From positions 43,890 to 107,889 of the forward strand of contig CAMPBT010000002.1 of assembly GCA_946641515.1 (NCBI GenBank): 64,000 bases of DNA. The letters are read 5' to 3'. The notes under the pieces are model-generated. The model saw only the letters and a program-made list of their open reading frames with translations, had not been told where the DNA came from and did no database searches. Positions 1 to 10,000 of this stretch are shown here, piece after piece; the first letter of the stretch is position 1; every line of letters starts with the position of its first letter. Made by a program: the position numbers and the translations under genes. The DNA is from an uncultured Bacillales bacterium. GTDB lineage: Bacteria; Bacillota_I; Bacilli_A; RFN20; CAG-449.

Positions 1-545
1 ATTATAACAACATAAATCCAAATTGACTTTTCAAGTTTTATTTTTTCTTTTAAAGGCTTTTCTTCAATATGGTGGTTCTCTTGTTCAAAAAAGTTATGCT
101 TTTTTAAATATGCAACAATTACCAAATATATATTTCTTAGTAAAACAACAAAATTAACCCATATTGTAGAATTTAAAATTAAAAGTGCTGATCTAACTTT
201 TTCTAAATCAAGCGTTCTATTTCCTGTTTCTGAATCTATAGAAATTGATGAACAATCATATCCGTATGCAACAGAAAGAAATAAAATATTTGCTATAACT
301 CCGACTATAAAAAGTATTAGTTCAACTTTACTACTAGTTTCATCCATCACTTTGATTTTTAATGTAATAATTATGCCTATTAAAAAGATAACAATCGTAT
401 AACAAGTGGCTATATCATTACACAAATTTGTAGCAAATGATTCTGCTAAAACCATCCATACAAACACAATCGCTAAAATCACAAATAGCACATGAAAACA
501 ATAATTTGTTATATTTGCCAATAATTTCTTATTTTTTCTATTCAT
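1..545 (-). CDS. Hypothetical multi-pass membrane protein, 3'-truncated by the window edge
   Basis: Translated by hand: ATG at 545 (MNRKNKKLLANITNYCFHVLFVILAIVFVWMV...), open to position 1, about 4 hydrophobic segments; not in the ORF track. Confidence 0.75.
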   Translation of the reverse strand, partial: MNRKNKKLLANITNYCFHVLFVILAIVFVWMVLAESFATNLCNDIATCYTIVIFLIGIIITLKIKVMDETSSKVELILFIVGVIANILFLSVAYGYDCSSISIDSETGNRTLDLEKVRSALLILNSTIWVNFVVLLRNIYLVIVAYLKKHNFFEQENHHIEEKPLKEKIKLEKSIWIYVVI

Positions 546-598
546 ACAACTAATTTACACCATCCATATTTAAAATTGAATTGAAACATCGTTTATCG

Positions 599-615
599 TT
601 AAACGTTTTCGCTCT
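599..615. repeat. 17-bp direct repeat, copy 1 (TTAAACGTTTTCGCTCT)
   Basis: Identical to 10619-10635; on the minus strand each copy lies 7-8 nt downstream of a TATAAT box. Confidence 0.85.
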
Positions 616-679
616 TAGCCATAATTATAGCACTATTATCAGGTTTAATAAACGGATAAAAGGAAAAAGACTGCTATAC

Positions 680-2318
680 CTTAATTGAAAAATTAAATGC
701 AACAAATCTTCACGGCTCGTTTCATTTACCTCTTCAATTGATAAAATATTAATACCTGATGCTACTTAGAAAGGAGAACGTATGAAAAAAACGTCAGGTT
801 TTAAACATAGTTTATATGCAGATTTTTTGTTGCTTTATAAATGCATTTATTATCAGTATACAAACAAGAAAACATGCCAACTATTAGGCAAAGATAGGTC
901 AACAGTTTTTAGAATACTTCATAAATATGTAAAAGTGATAAAAGGAACCGCTTATAAAAGTGATGGAAGGCATAGACATTGTTTGTATCTTAGAAATTGC
1001 ATTAGAAAAGAAGGGTTTACTTCTTGTCCTCACGATTGTCCTAAATTCAAGCAATACCAATGTTCAAAACTATTAAGCTGGCCATATGTATGCAATGGAT
1101 GTGAAAACGATTCGACTTGCCGTAAGGAGAAACATTTCTTTGATCCAGAATACGCTTTAGGAATGATTAGAAACAATGAATCCGAAAGCAAACATGCGCC
1201 GAAGGTGATAAAAAGAAATTAGAAGCATTTGATTATTTTATTTCTCCACTTATAAAAGCCGGAATATCTATTGAAGCGATATATGAAAAATATCCAGGTG
1301 AATTCCCTGTTTCGGTTAGAACTGTTAGAAACTGGATAAATGAAGGATATCTAACCGCAAAAAGAAGTGATTTGATAAACACTCTTTCTCGTCCATATAT
1401 TTCTAAAGCATATAAATATGCACCTGTAACAACAAGAAACCCATTAATGAAAGCTTCTAGAACATTTGAAGATTATCTTAAATTTAAAAGTGAGCATCCT
1501 GGATTTAATGTTGTTCAATTAGATACAGTTCATGGCAAAAAGGGAGATAAGAAATGTATATTAACCATTTATGATGTTGCTTCTAAATTACAGTTAGGAA
1601 TATTATTAGAAAATTTCACCGCTATTGAGGTGAAAGAAAAAGTTAATGATATTAGAAGTATGATCGGAGATGATGCTTATTCAAAGATGTTTAGAATTAT
1701 GCTTGCTGATAATGGCCCTGAATTTGATGAAATTTATAATCTAGAAATCGATGATGAAACTGGGGAAAAATGGATTAACGTTTTCTTTACTAGACCATAT
1801 CGATCTGGCGATAAAGGAGCTTGTGAAAGAAATCATGAACTATTTAGATACATTCTTGTCAAAGGTAAAACGATGAACAATTTAACTCAAGATGATTTGA
1901 ATTATTATTTCTCAATGATTAATTCTTATCCTAGAAAGTCGTTGAATGGCAAATGCCCAATTGAAGTTGTTGATGAAATATATGGTAAAGATTTCCATCA
2001 AAAAATAAATCTTAAAAAACTATCATTAAAAGAAATTAACTTTAGAATCCGTAGAAAATAAAAGAAAATCCTAGTTTTACCCTCTAGGATTCAAATGTAG
2101 CATCAGGTTTTACAGAACCGTTTTAAACATATATCAGGCGTTGCATTTACCGCTTCAAATGTGAATGAACGTCCTCTTTTACTACACCCAAATTATACAT
2201 CACTTTTGCCTAAAGGAAAAGAAAAAATGACCATGTTGCATTTGCTGTTGCAATTTTGGTCATATTTCTTATAGAAAAACTTCATTGCCCTTTTGTTGCA
2301 TTTAATTTTTCAATTAAG
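680..2318 (+). mobile_element. IS30-family insertion sequence
   Basis: Perfect 27-bp terminal inverted repeats, CTTAATTGAAAAATTAAATGCAACAAA (680-706) and its reverse complement (2292-2318), enclosing an IS30-type transposase. Confidence 0.92.
782..2061 (+). pseudogene. IS30-family transposase, frameshifted near 1200-1220
   Basis: N-terminal HTH plus Cys-rich part (782-1222). The second frame is open from 1180 (..DKKKLEAFDYFISPLIKAG..VSVRTVRNWI) into the DDE domain (QLDTVHG, ADNGPEF, KGACERNHELFR). One base appears to be missing. Confidence 0.85.
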
Positions 2319-2335
2319 CTTAAAAAAATAAAAAA

Positions 2336-2364
2336 GACTATTAGTTTTTATAATCCTAATAGTC
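2336..2364 (-). terminator. Intrinsic terminator of the RNase III/MATE operon
   Basis: GACTATTAG...CTAATAGTC hairpin followed by a T-run on the minus strand. Confidence 0.65.
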
Positions 2365-2380
2365 AAGTTTTAATATATTA

Positions 2381-2875
2381 CTAATAATTCATCCAAGACA
2401 ATAACAATTCACGTATTGCATCTAAATCATTAGTCTCTTTATAAATTGCTCCTATCATTGCCTCTACAGCTGTAGCAATGTATTTATGAGAATTTTTATT
2501 CCAGCCTAAAGTACAATAATAGTCATAATTTTTCGGCATTTTTTCATCATCAATATCAAAATCAATATACGGTATTAAATTATAATGACGACCAACTTTT
2601 TCAACAAATACTTCATCCGATTCATATTTTTTCTTCTCTTCAGTAAGTAATTCAACTTTATCTAAAAGAAAATCGGAATATATAAATTTTATAATCGCAT
2701 CGCCTAATAACGCTAAATCTAGATTATCATTTAATGGTGTATGAAGTTCAATAAATCTCGGATTATTTGCTCTAACGCCACGGCATCTATAACTATTATA
2801 AGATGCATCAGTTAATGCAATTTTTACCCATCTAGATGTATCTTTCTTATTAAGATATTCTTCAAATAAATCCAT
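2381..2875 (-). CDS. Stand-alone RNase III-domain protein (Mini-III-like, no dsRBD)
   Basis: ALTDASY, LALLGDAIIKF and ATAVEAMIGAIY match RNase III signature segments. Confidence 0.8.
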   Translation of the reverse strand: MDLFEEYLNKKDTSRWVKIALTDASYNSYRCRGVRANNPRFIELHTPLNDNLDLALLGDAIIKFIYSDFLLDKVELLTEEKKKYESDEVFVEKVGRHYNLIPYIDFDIDDEKMPKNYDYYCTLGWNKNSHKYIATAVEAMIGAIYKETNDLDAIRELLLSWMNY

Positions 2876-4209
2876 TATTGATTAACCTCTACATCAAGAA
2901 TATTTATCTTGTTTCTTCTTAATAAGAACCAATATGCACCTAAAGATACGACTGTATCAAATGCATTTCCAATACCAAATAATAATGCAATTCCTATTAA
3001 TGATGGTGTCCATACTCCACATTTCCATAAAATAAATGCTGTTCCATAATATAAAGTATTAGTTACTATTGATTCAAATAACATGTAATGTGTTTTGCCT
3101 AGTCCATAGAATGTTGCATCACATATATTTTGAACTGCATATAAAATATAGAATCCAAATAATACCATCACAAGTTCAAATAATTTATCAACATCACTGA
3201 AGTTTAGTACATGTTCCATAAATGGTTTATATACAGGAATGAATATACACCATACTAATACTGATATTGCAGTAATAGTAATATAACCTAATGTATTATT
3301 CTTAACTGCATTTTTATTTGTTGATGTTTCTTGTTTAATTAATTCACCTAATTGAGTAATTGGTAATAATAACCATCCCCAAATAAAGTTATTAGCTACC
3401 CAATATGTGCCTTGTTCATTTACTACATTTACCATTCTTGCAACCATTACCATATAAGCTAGATTTCTAACAAATGATTCAAGTCCAGAGATTCCTCCAA
3501 TTTTGATGAATTCCTTCATCCATTTGAAGTCCATCTTTTCTTTATTAAATACATTAACTTCATTCTTAGCTAATAAGAATAATGATGTTCCAAAGATTAA
3601 TAAGTTAACAATAATATTTGTTACACCAATACCATTTACTCCTAGATTTGCCGAACATGATAATGTTGATACTAAGAATAAATCTAAGAATATGCATAAT
3701 ACTAATTTAACACCTGTTAAGATATATACTAATTTATCTTTACCTAGTGTTACTAATCCTACTAATGCAAATTGAGATAATATACCAAATATATTAGCAA
3801 TAGTTTCTATTCTAATATATGTAGCACTAGCATCTATAATAGATGGATCAGTAGCCATAGCTTTTAATAATGGATTTGTACATGTCATTATGAATATTGA
3901 TAATACAATATAAATACCTAATGTTACTAATAAGCCTGTCTTCATTCTATTTGTTAGTTCTTTCTTATCAGATAGAACTTTACCTACGAAATAGAATAAA
4001 GGTAAGATGATTGCTTCATTAATTACTTCATAGATTAAATTAATCCATGATAATTGACCTGCTATTGAATATGACCAGTCTCCTGGTAAGTTTCCTAACC
4101 AAAATACTCTTAGGGTTGTATAGATTGTTGGGACTAGGCCCATTACTAATAATGATATAAACAACTTATGGTTTATATTTTTAAATGATTTAATTATTTT
4201 ATTTAACAT
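2875..4209 (-). CDS. MATE-family efflux transporter
   Basis: 444 aa, about 12 TM segments, MATE-like two-fold repeat (LGVNGIGVTNII). Confidence 0.8.
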   Translation of the reverse strand: MLNKIIKSFKNINHKLFISLLVMGLVPTIYTTLRVFWLGNLPGDWSYSIAGQLSWINLIYEVINEAIILPLFYFVGKVLSDKKELTNRMKTGLLVTLGIYIVLSIFIMTCTNPLLKAMATDPSIIDASATYIRIETIANIFGILSQFALVGLVTLGKDKLVYILTGVKLVLCIFLDLFLVSTLSCSANLGVNGIGVTNIIVNLLIFGTSLFLLAKNEVNVFNKEKMDFKWMKEFIKIGGISGLESFVRNLAYMVMVARMVNVVNEQGTYWVANNFIWGWLLLPITQLGELIKQETSTNKNAVKNNTLGYITITAISVLVWCIFIPVYKPFMEHVLNFSDVDKLFELVMVLFGFYILYAVQNICDATFYGLGKTHYMLFESIVTNTLYYGTAFILWKCGVWTPSLIGIALLFGIGNAFDTVVSLGAYWFLLRRNKINILDVEVNQ

Positions 4210-4231
4210 AATAAATTCCTTTTAATAAATA

Positions 4232-5266
4232 TTATGCCAAAGATAATTTATTCTTTAAGAAATTATCAGCATTATGGAATACAGCATTCTTTTCTGCTGC
4301 TTTTGCATCATCATGTGTTTTAAATAAACTTAAATCACAATCACTCTTTAAATCAATATATTGTTCAATATATGAATCATATAATTTCTTTGCTTCTGGA
4401 TCATTTGAATTCTTAACTAATCCCATTAGAATAGATGTCTTAGCCAAAGACATTGCCATTTGGTTTAAATCTAATGATTTAAATTGCTTACGAACCATAA
4501 TCTTTTGTTCTAATGTTAATGCTGCATATGATATTCCACCTGCTGCTAGTCCTAAAGCTAAAGGTTCAATTGCAACAACTGCTAGACATAATGGAAGTGC
4601 GATAGATGTATATAATAGGTGTGCTCCAAAAGGAAGTGAAGCTCCTGCAGCTCCTACTGCACCTAATGCTACTACTCCTCCATAAATTAATAATGGAGCT
4701 GCGACTAGTGATCCAACCATAACTGCTACTTTAACATTTGTTGATTTATCATATGATATATTTCTATATGCATCTTTTATTTCTTTTTCTAAGTTCTTTA
4801 AATCATCTGAGCTTAGATTAAATAATTCTGCAATCTTTGGGAAGGTTTGTTTATTCATTTCATAATTAATTAATGAATCTAGAATAACATTAATTAAGAA
4901 TTCTGTACGTGCTACATGATAAACATCTTTTTCAAAGATTGTATTTGATAATTCTTTTGCTTTTGCAAAATCATCAAGGAAATAATCTTCTTCCTTCGCT
5001 TTCTTTGTTAAATTATCTAAGATTGATTTCTTTAAATTATAAGATTCTAGATGTTTCTCATAATTATCTTTATTTGAGAAATTATTTAATTTCTTACCAA
5101 GTTTAGAAAATACATTTTCTGACTTTCCAATTAATGATGGTTGGTATTTCTTATATTCTTGTTCTTCATATACTAGATCTTCATTAATTCTTAGACTCTT
5201 AATGTAATAATCTAATTTCTTTACCATTGTTACTGCTTTTACTACATCTTCTTTTAAATTTTCCAT
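4232..5266 (-). CDS. Hypothetical protein, helical with a central Gly/Ala-rich hydrophobic hairpin
   Basis: 344-aa ORF; hydrophobic stretch VAVMVGSLVAAPLLIYGGVVALGAVGAAGA...LALGLAAGGISYAAL. Confidence 0.7.
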   Translation of the reverse strand: MENLKEDVVKAVTMVKKLDYYIKSLRINEDLVYEEQEYKKYQPSLIGKSENVFSKLGKKLNNFSNKDNYEKHLESYNLKKSILDNLTKKAKEEDYFLDDFAKAKELSNTIFEKDVYHVARTEFLINVILDSLINYEMNKQTFPKIAELFNLSSDDLKNLEKEIKDAYRNISYDKSTNVKVAVMVGSLVAAPLLIYGGVVALGAVGAAGASLPFGAHLLYTSIALPLCLAVVAIEPLALGLAAGGISYAALTLEQKIMVRKQFKSLDLNQMAMSLAKTSILMGLVKNSNDPEAKKLYDSYIEQYIDLKSDCDLSLFKTHDDAKAAEKNAVFHNADNFLKNKLSLA

Positions 5267-5268
5267 AT

Positions 5269-5616
5269 TTATTTCTCCTTTATTTTTTCTTCAATGTATT
5301 GATTTAGTGCATCAATATTTATCTTTTCTTTATTATCTATAATTTTATTGAACAAAGTTACTAACTCTTTGTTTTCATCAAGTTTTAATTTATCCGTTAA
5401 TGAATTATCACTTGACTTAAATATGTTATTTGTATAATTATATATTTCGTTTTTTACTAAGCACGATTCTATATAATCAAATAACTCTTTATATTTAATT
5501 CCTAACTCGGTATCATTTGCTTCATACATTTCTTTATACTTATATAAAGTAGGTCTAGATACATTAATTAATCTAGCTAATTCTGATACCGTAATTAAAT
5601 CTGGTATATTTTTCAT
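5269..5616 (-). CDS. Helix-turn-helix DNA-binding protein
   Basis: N-terminal ITVSELARLINVSRPTLYKY HTH; RBS GAGGTGG upstream. Confidence 0.8.
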   Translation of the reverse strand: MKNIPDLITVSELARLINVSRPTLYKYKEMYEANDTELGIKYKELFDYIESCLVKNEIYNYTNNIFKSSDNSLTDKLKLDENKELVTLFNKIIDNKEKINIDALNQYIEEKIKEK

Positions 5617-5638
5617 TCAACCACCTCTTACAATTTCA

Positions 5639-5691
5639 TTTTACACTTTTTTTGTAAAAAGTAAATACATTTTTACACATTTTTTGTAAAA
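5639..5691. promoter_or_regulatory. Two palindromic operators, TTTTACA-N7-TGTAAAA
   Basis: Copies at 5639-5659 and 5671-5691, 32 bp apart, directly upstream of the HTH gene. Confidence 0.7.
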
Positions 5692-5869
5692 TTTACGAAT
5701 TATGTATTTAGTTGTTGATTTATAAAAAAAGATAAAATAGGTCATAGCATCATTTGAATTTACAAAAAAAAGGACATTTTAAATAATCTAAAAGGTCCTT
5801 TTTCGATTTTTGCTTCCTTTTAAAGAATTGTCAGGCAAGTTAACATGAACAACAATTTATCAGTTACGA

Positions 5870-7030
5870 TTATGCCTTTAAATTTTCTATAATTTTTCTA
5901 AGCAAGTTTATTGATATTTCAAGTTCTTCGTTAGTAGGACAATCTACTCCTTCAGGATGGTGCGAATAATTTCTGATATATGTTGGCAACATTTCATACT
6001 TACTCTTATGATAAATCCTAACTTTTATATATTGATCAATATTACTTTCACCAAATAGTTTTATACTTTGTTTTTTTATTTCCTTATCTATATCAAGTAT
6101 TCTTTCTTTATTAGTTAATGAACCTATATATGCAAATAATTGATTTTGGTATTCTACTAAAGGAATATTAAAAATCAAATAATCCATTTCTGCGAATGTT
6201 GGTTTAGGCAAAAGTAAATTCATTTGATCTATAGATTCAGCTTTAACTGTTTCATTTTCCTTATATAGCCTAACTATTAAAGCATCTTCTCTATCAAGCA
6301 AAGATTCTAGTATTTTTTCTGAATGCGTAGCAATAAACATTTGAGGAACATTTCCGTCACTATCAGACATCATTAGTGAGAGTAATTTTATGATTTCTCT
6401 TTGCCAACGTGGATGCAATGATGTTTCAGGCTCATCTATTAAAACGCAATCTGTTCCTGCTGACATATTTTTAATGTCTCTTAATTTTAAAAGTATTTCT
6501 TGCTGCCCTGATGAATACTTAGTTAAGTCATATTCAAAATTTAATCTTTTAATTATAGATGTAACTTCGCGTCCACATCGCAAATCATCTAAGCGATTAT
6601 TTTTTACAACATCAATAATATCCGAATCATTTAGTTGTTTCAGTATTTCAAGACATTCATTAATATTGTTAATAGTATTATTTGCCCTCAAATTATATAC
6701 ATTAAGGCCTCCATTATATAAAACACTATTAGTAGAATAAATCTTTTTACCATCAAGTAATTCTCTTGCCTCATTAATAGTATTTCTATATAGACTACCC
6801 TGTCTTAAGTATAGTGAGTTAAACTCTGTGCCAAATGGTGTTTCTTTATTTACAATAGATTGAGATATATTATAATTGAATATTTCATTTAAAAGCATAG
6901 TTTTACCACAACCATTTTCACCGACAAACGCAACTATAGAATATGGTTTTTTAGTTTTTTTATTAAAAAAATCTAAACGCAAATTGATAAATAGCTCATG
7001 GTCTTTGAAATGTAAGTGCGATATTTGCAT
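5870..7030 (-). CDS. ABC/AAA_21-type ATPase with a C-terminal HEPN-like (RxxxxH) domain; putative defence nuclease
   Basis: Walker A GENGCGKT, signature YSSGQQ, Walker B LIDEPETSLHP, ATHS switch; no TM segments; C-terminal YIRNYSHHPE. Confidence 0.8.
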   Translation of the reverse strand: MQISHLHFKDHELFINLRLDFFNKKTKKPYSIVAFVGENGCGKTMLLNEIFNYNISQSIVNKETPFGTEFNSLYLRQGSLYRNTINEARELLDGKKIYSTNSVLYNGGLNVYNLRANNTINNINECLEILKQLNDSDIIDVVKNNRLDDLRCGREVTSIIKRLNFEYDLTKYSSGQQEILLKLRDIKNMSAGTDCVLIDEPETSLHPRWQREIIKLLSLMMSDSDGNVPQMFIATHSEKILESLLDREDALIVRLYKENETVKAESIDQMNLLLPKPTFAEMDYLIFNIPLVEYQNQLFAYIGSLTNKERILDIDKEIKKQSIKLFGESNIDQYIKVRIYHKSKYEMLPTYIRNYSHHPEGVDCPTNEELEISINLLRKIIENLKA

Positions 7031-7094
7031 ATTATCCCCTCCTATTCTTACTTTTTAGCAATATAAACTTGAAAGCCTATAAACCATCCATTTT

Positions 7095-10000
7095 TTAATT
7101 ATATTTTGCAAATTTTTCTATACCTAAATCAAACGCCCTAGTTGCAAATCCTTCCATTAATTCTAAGTCAGCACGATTAATTATAGAATTATATATGTGA
7201 TCAAAAATTTCAATAAATTCATCTTCTATGTATAATCTATTAGCTGCAAGATACATGTCAGACAAAGGTATAAAAATACTTGAAATGAAGTAATCTTCAT
7301 TAAGAGACATTAATTTTTTAAAAGCTGGTTCTAGTTCCTCCCAGTCAATATATTCATACCTGTTAAAGGCAATTAAGCGGCAAGCATCTTTTAATCTATG
7401 ATTTGAAAAATTTACTATCAACAATTCTAGTAAGTCCTTTGAAATATTCACTCTAACATTATTATTGCTTGAGAACCAAAAAATTATATTAATCAATGAA
7501 TTAATATCTTTTTTTACACTTTTGTTATAGCAATTGATAACCTCAGATAAATAATCTGTACGACAATTTTGAGCAATAAATTGAACTATTTTTTCATCAA
7601 AATTCCAATAATTCAATAATACAAGTTGACTATAAAATTCAATTGCATCATGGTCAAGTCTAGAAAAAATGTTAACAAAAGTTTTTTCATTTATTAACTC
7701 ATTTTTTCTCACTCCATGTGAAAATATTAAACCATTGTATATACATAAACTTATTTCATCATCATCTGATAAAATATAATCTAAGAGCAAATCTTTTATA
7801 TCAGGATTACTTTCATATATTTCATCATAAATAGAAGAAATGGCACCTAATAAAATAAGCCAATTGGAACTATTCTTATAAGTATCTAATATGCCTTTAA
7901 TATAATCATATATATCATCACTTTCAATGTGTAACTCACATAATATTCTAGTACACTCAAATAAATTATTATTAATCATGAAGCCAATATAATCACTATC
8001 CACTTTAAAGGAAACTTCTTTTGAAATAACCTTATCAAATATAACCCCCATAATAAACTTAGATTCTTCTCGATTTGAAAGTAAATTATTTTTCTTAAGA
8101 ATTTCCATCCATAGCCATGCATTCTCACCATTACTGCATTTCTCGATAATCTTTATCATAAAATCTAAAACCAAAGATTTATCAATAGTATTATTTTCTT
8201 TAGAATATAGTTTTTTTAAGATGCTAAAGTACCACTTATCATCACTTATAGATAAAAATATTTCAGGTTGTTTTAACAATTGCTCTATCTTATCATCCGT
8301 AAAATACTTTTCTAATGCATCATCCAGATCAAAAGAATAGTTTTCCGGCTTATTAATAAAATCAACAACAGATGAAACTGTTTCATTAGCTATCATAGAA
8401 TATACATTTGTCGTATTTCTTAAAACATTTGAAACAAAATACATTTTACCTATATTAAAATAATCATAATATTTATATCTCGACTTAATATTTATATTTT
8501 GTTTATAATCTCTATCGTTTAACATATCAATAAGAATTTGCTTTAAACCATCAACATCATCTTTATCTTCGCCGTCAAAATTGCATTGATTGATTAATTG
8601 TTCAAAATCCTTCTTATCTTCACCTTGTCTTAATTCTCTATGATTTTTTATAATCCAGCCTAAAGATGAGATACAATCTATACTATTTATTAAATCTAAA
8701 GTGATTTTATCTTTCATTTTACTGTAATGAATATCAATAAAATAGAGTTTAATCTTTTTGTCAATTCGAGAGTTTGTTTCACATAAATTAAATGCTTGAA
8801 GAACTTGCGATGGCAATAAATTATCTATGACATCTTTTATTAATTTAACCAAATAGCTCTCATATCTTAAAGAACTTGTTTTATTAACATAATCATATAT
8901 TGCACCCATATCACCATATTTATAAGGATATTTTTCATCAACTTTGATAATAAGCTCTCTTAATTTATTAAAATAACCTAAGGAATTATATCCCATTATT
9001 TTATTAAAATTATTCTTTATGAATGCATTAATTTCATAGAATTGTATATATTCATTGTTATATAATGTTGCATTTAAAAAAGCTAAGACAATGTCATAGC
9101 AAATACTAGGTTCAAGTGAATAATTACTTAAGGAGTAAAAAATGCTTGTAACATAGGAAACATTTTTCTTAAATAACAATTTTATTATTGAAACTATTCT
9201 CTTTTGATTTGCTTTAGAACTAGCCATGCTAATATAAGAAATGTAACAAACTATTATTTTATAATTATCGACTAAATTAAAGCTAGAAGACTTAATAATC
9301 TCATCAATACGTTTTATATAACCATTCAAAAAAGAATTGAACTTTTTTCTCTTTTGTTTAACAAAATTATGGCAAAAAGATAATTCTGTCATAACAATAT
9401 TTTGTATCGTATTATCTTTTATACTAAAATAATTAACATCAAAAAAACTAGGTCTTTTACTATACAATAATCTAAAAAATTCAGAGGCATAATTCCTCGC
9501 ATTTATATGAGAAAATATATTTGATATTAATTGCAATGATAATCCTTTATCAACTGCATCACATACATCATTTATTATTAAATCAACATCTCCTAAGTCC
9601 ACATGCTCTATAATTGTTTTATAAAAAGACTCTTTAAATGAAGGAGTAGTAATAAATTCATTTGATAGTGAAACAATAAAATCAATTATATTATCATATC
9701 CTTTATTTTTAAAAGAATATGAAATTTGCGTAAATCCAAAATGATCCCTATAATATTTTTCTGAAGCTATAACATATTGTTTTTGGTATTCATAAAAACC
9801 ATTTAAAATAAATTTGTTAGAAGATGTATAATCGCCTTTAATTATATACTGAAGTAGTTCCATCTCAGACATACTTGATCCGATAAATAAATATGCTACA
9901 TCTTGATTTTTAAAGATTGACTCCATTAGTGGCGAAAATGTACTGCTAGAATTTTTATATCTACCAATATACTGATCTGCAGTAAAAATTAATGAATCAT

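Noticed and set aside
1180-1222. Programmed -1 frameshift in the IS30 transposase
   Set aside because: No in-frame A_AAA_AAG-type heptamer; IS30 transposases are normally a single ORF; a one-base loss or sequencing error is simpler
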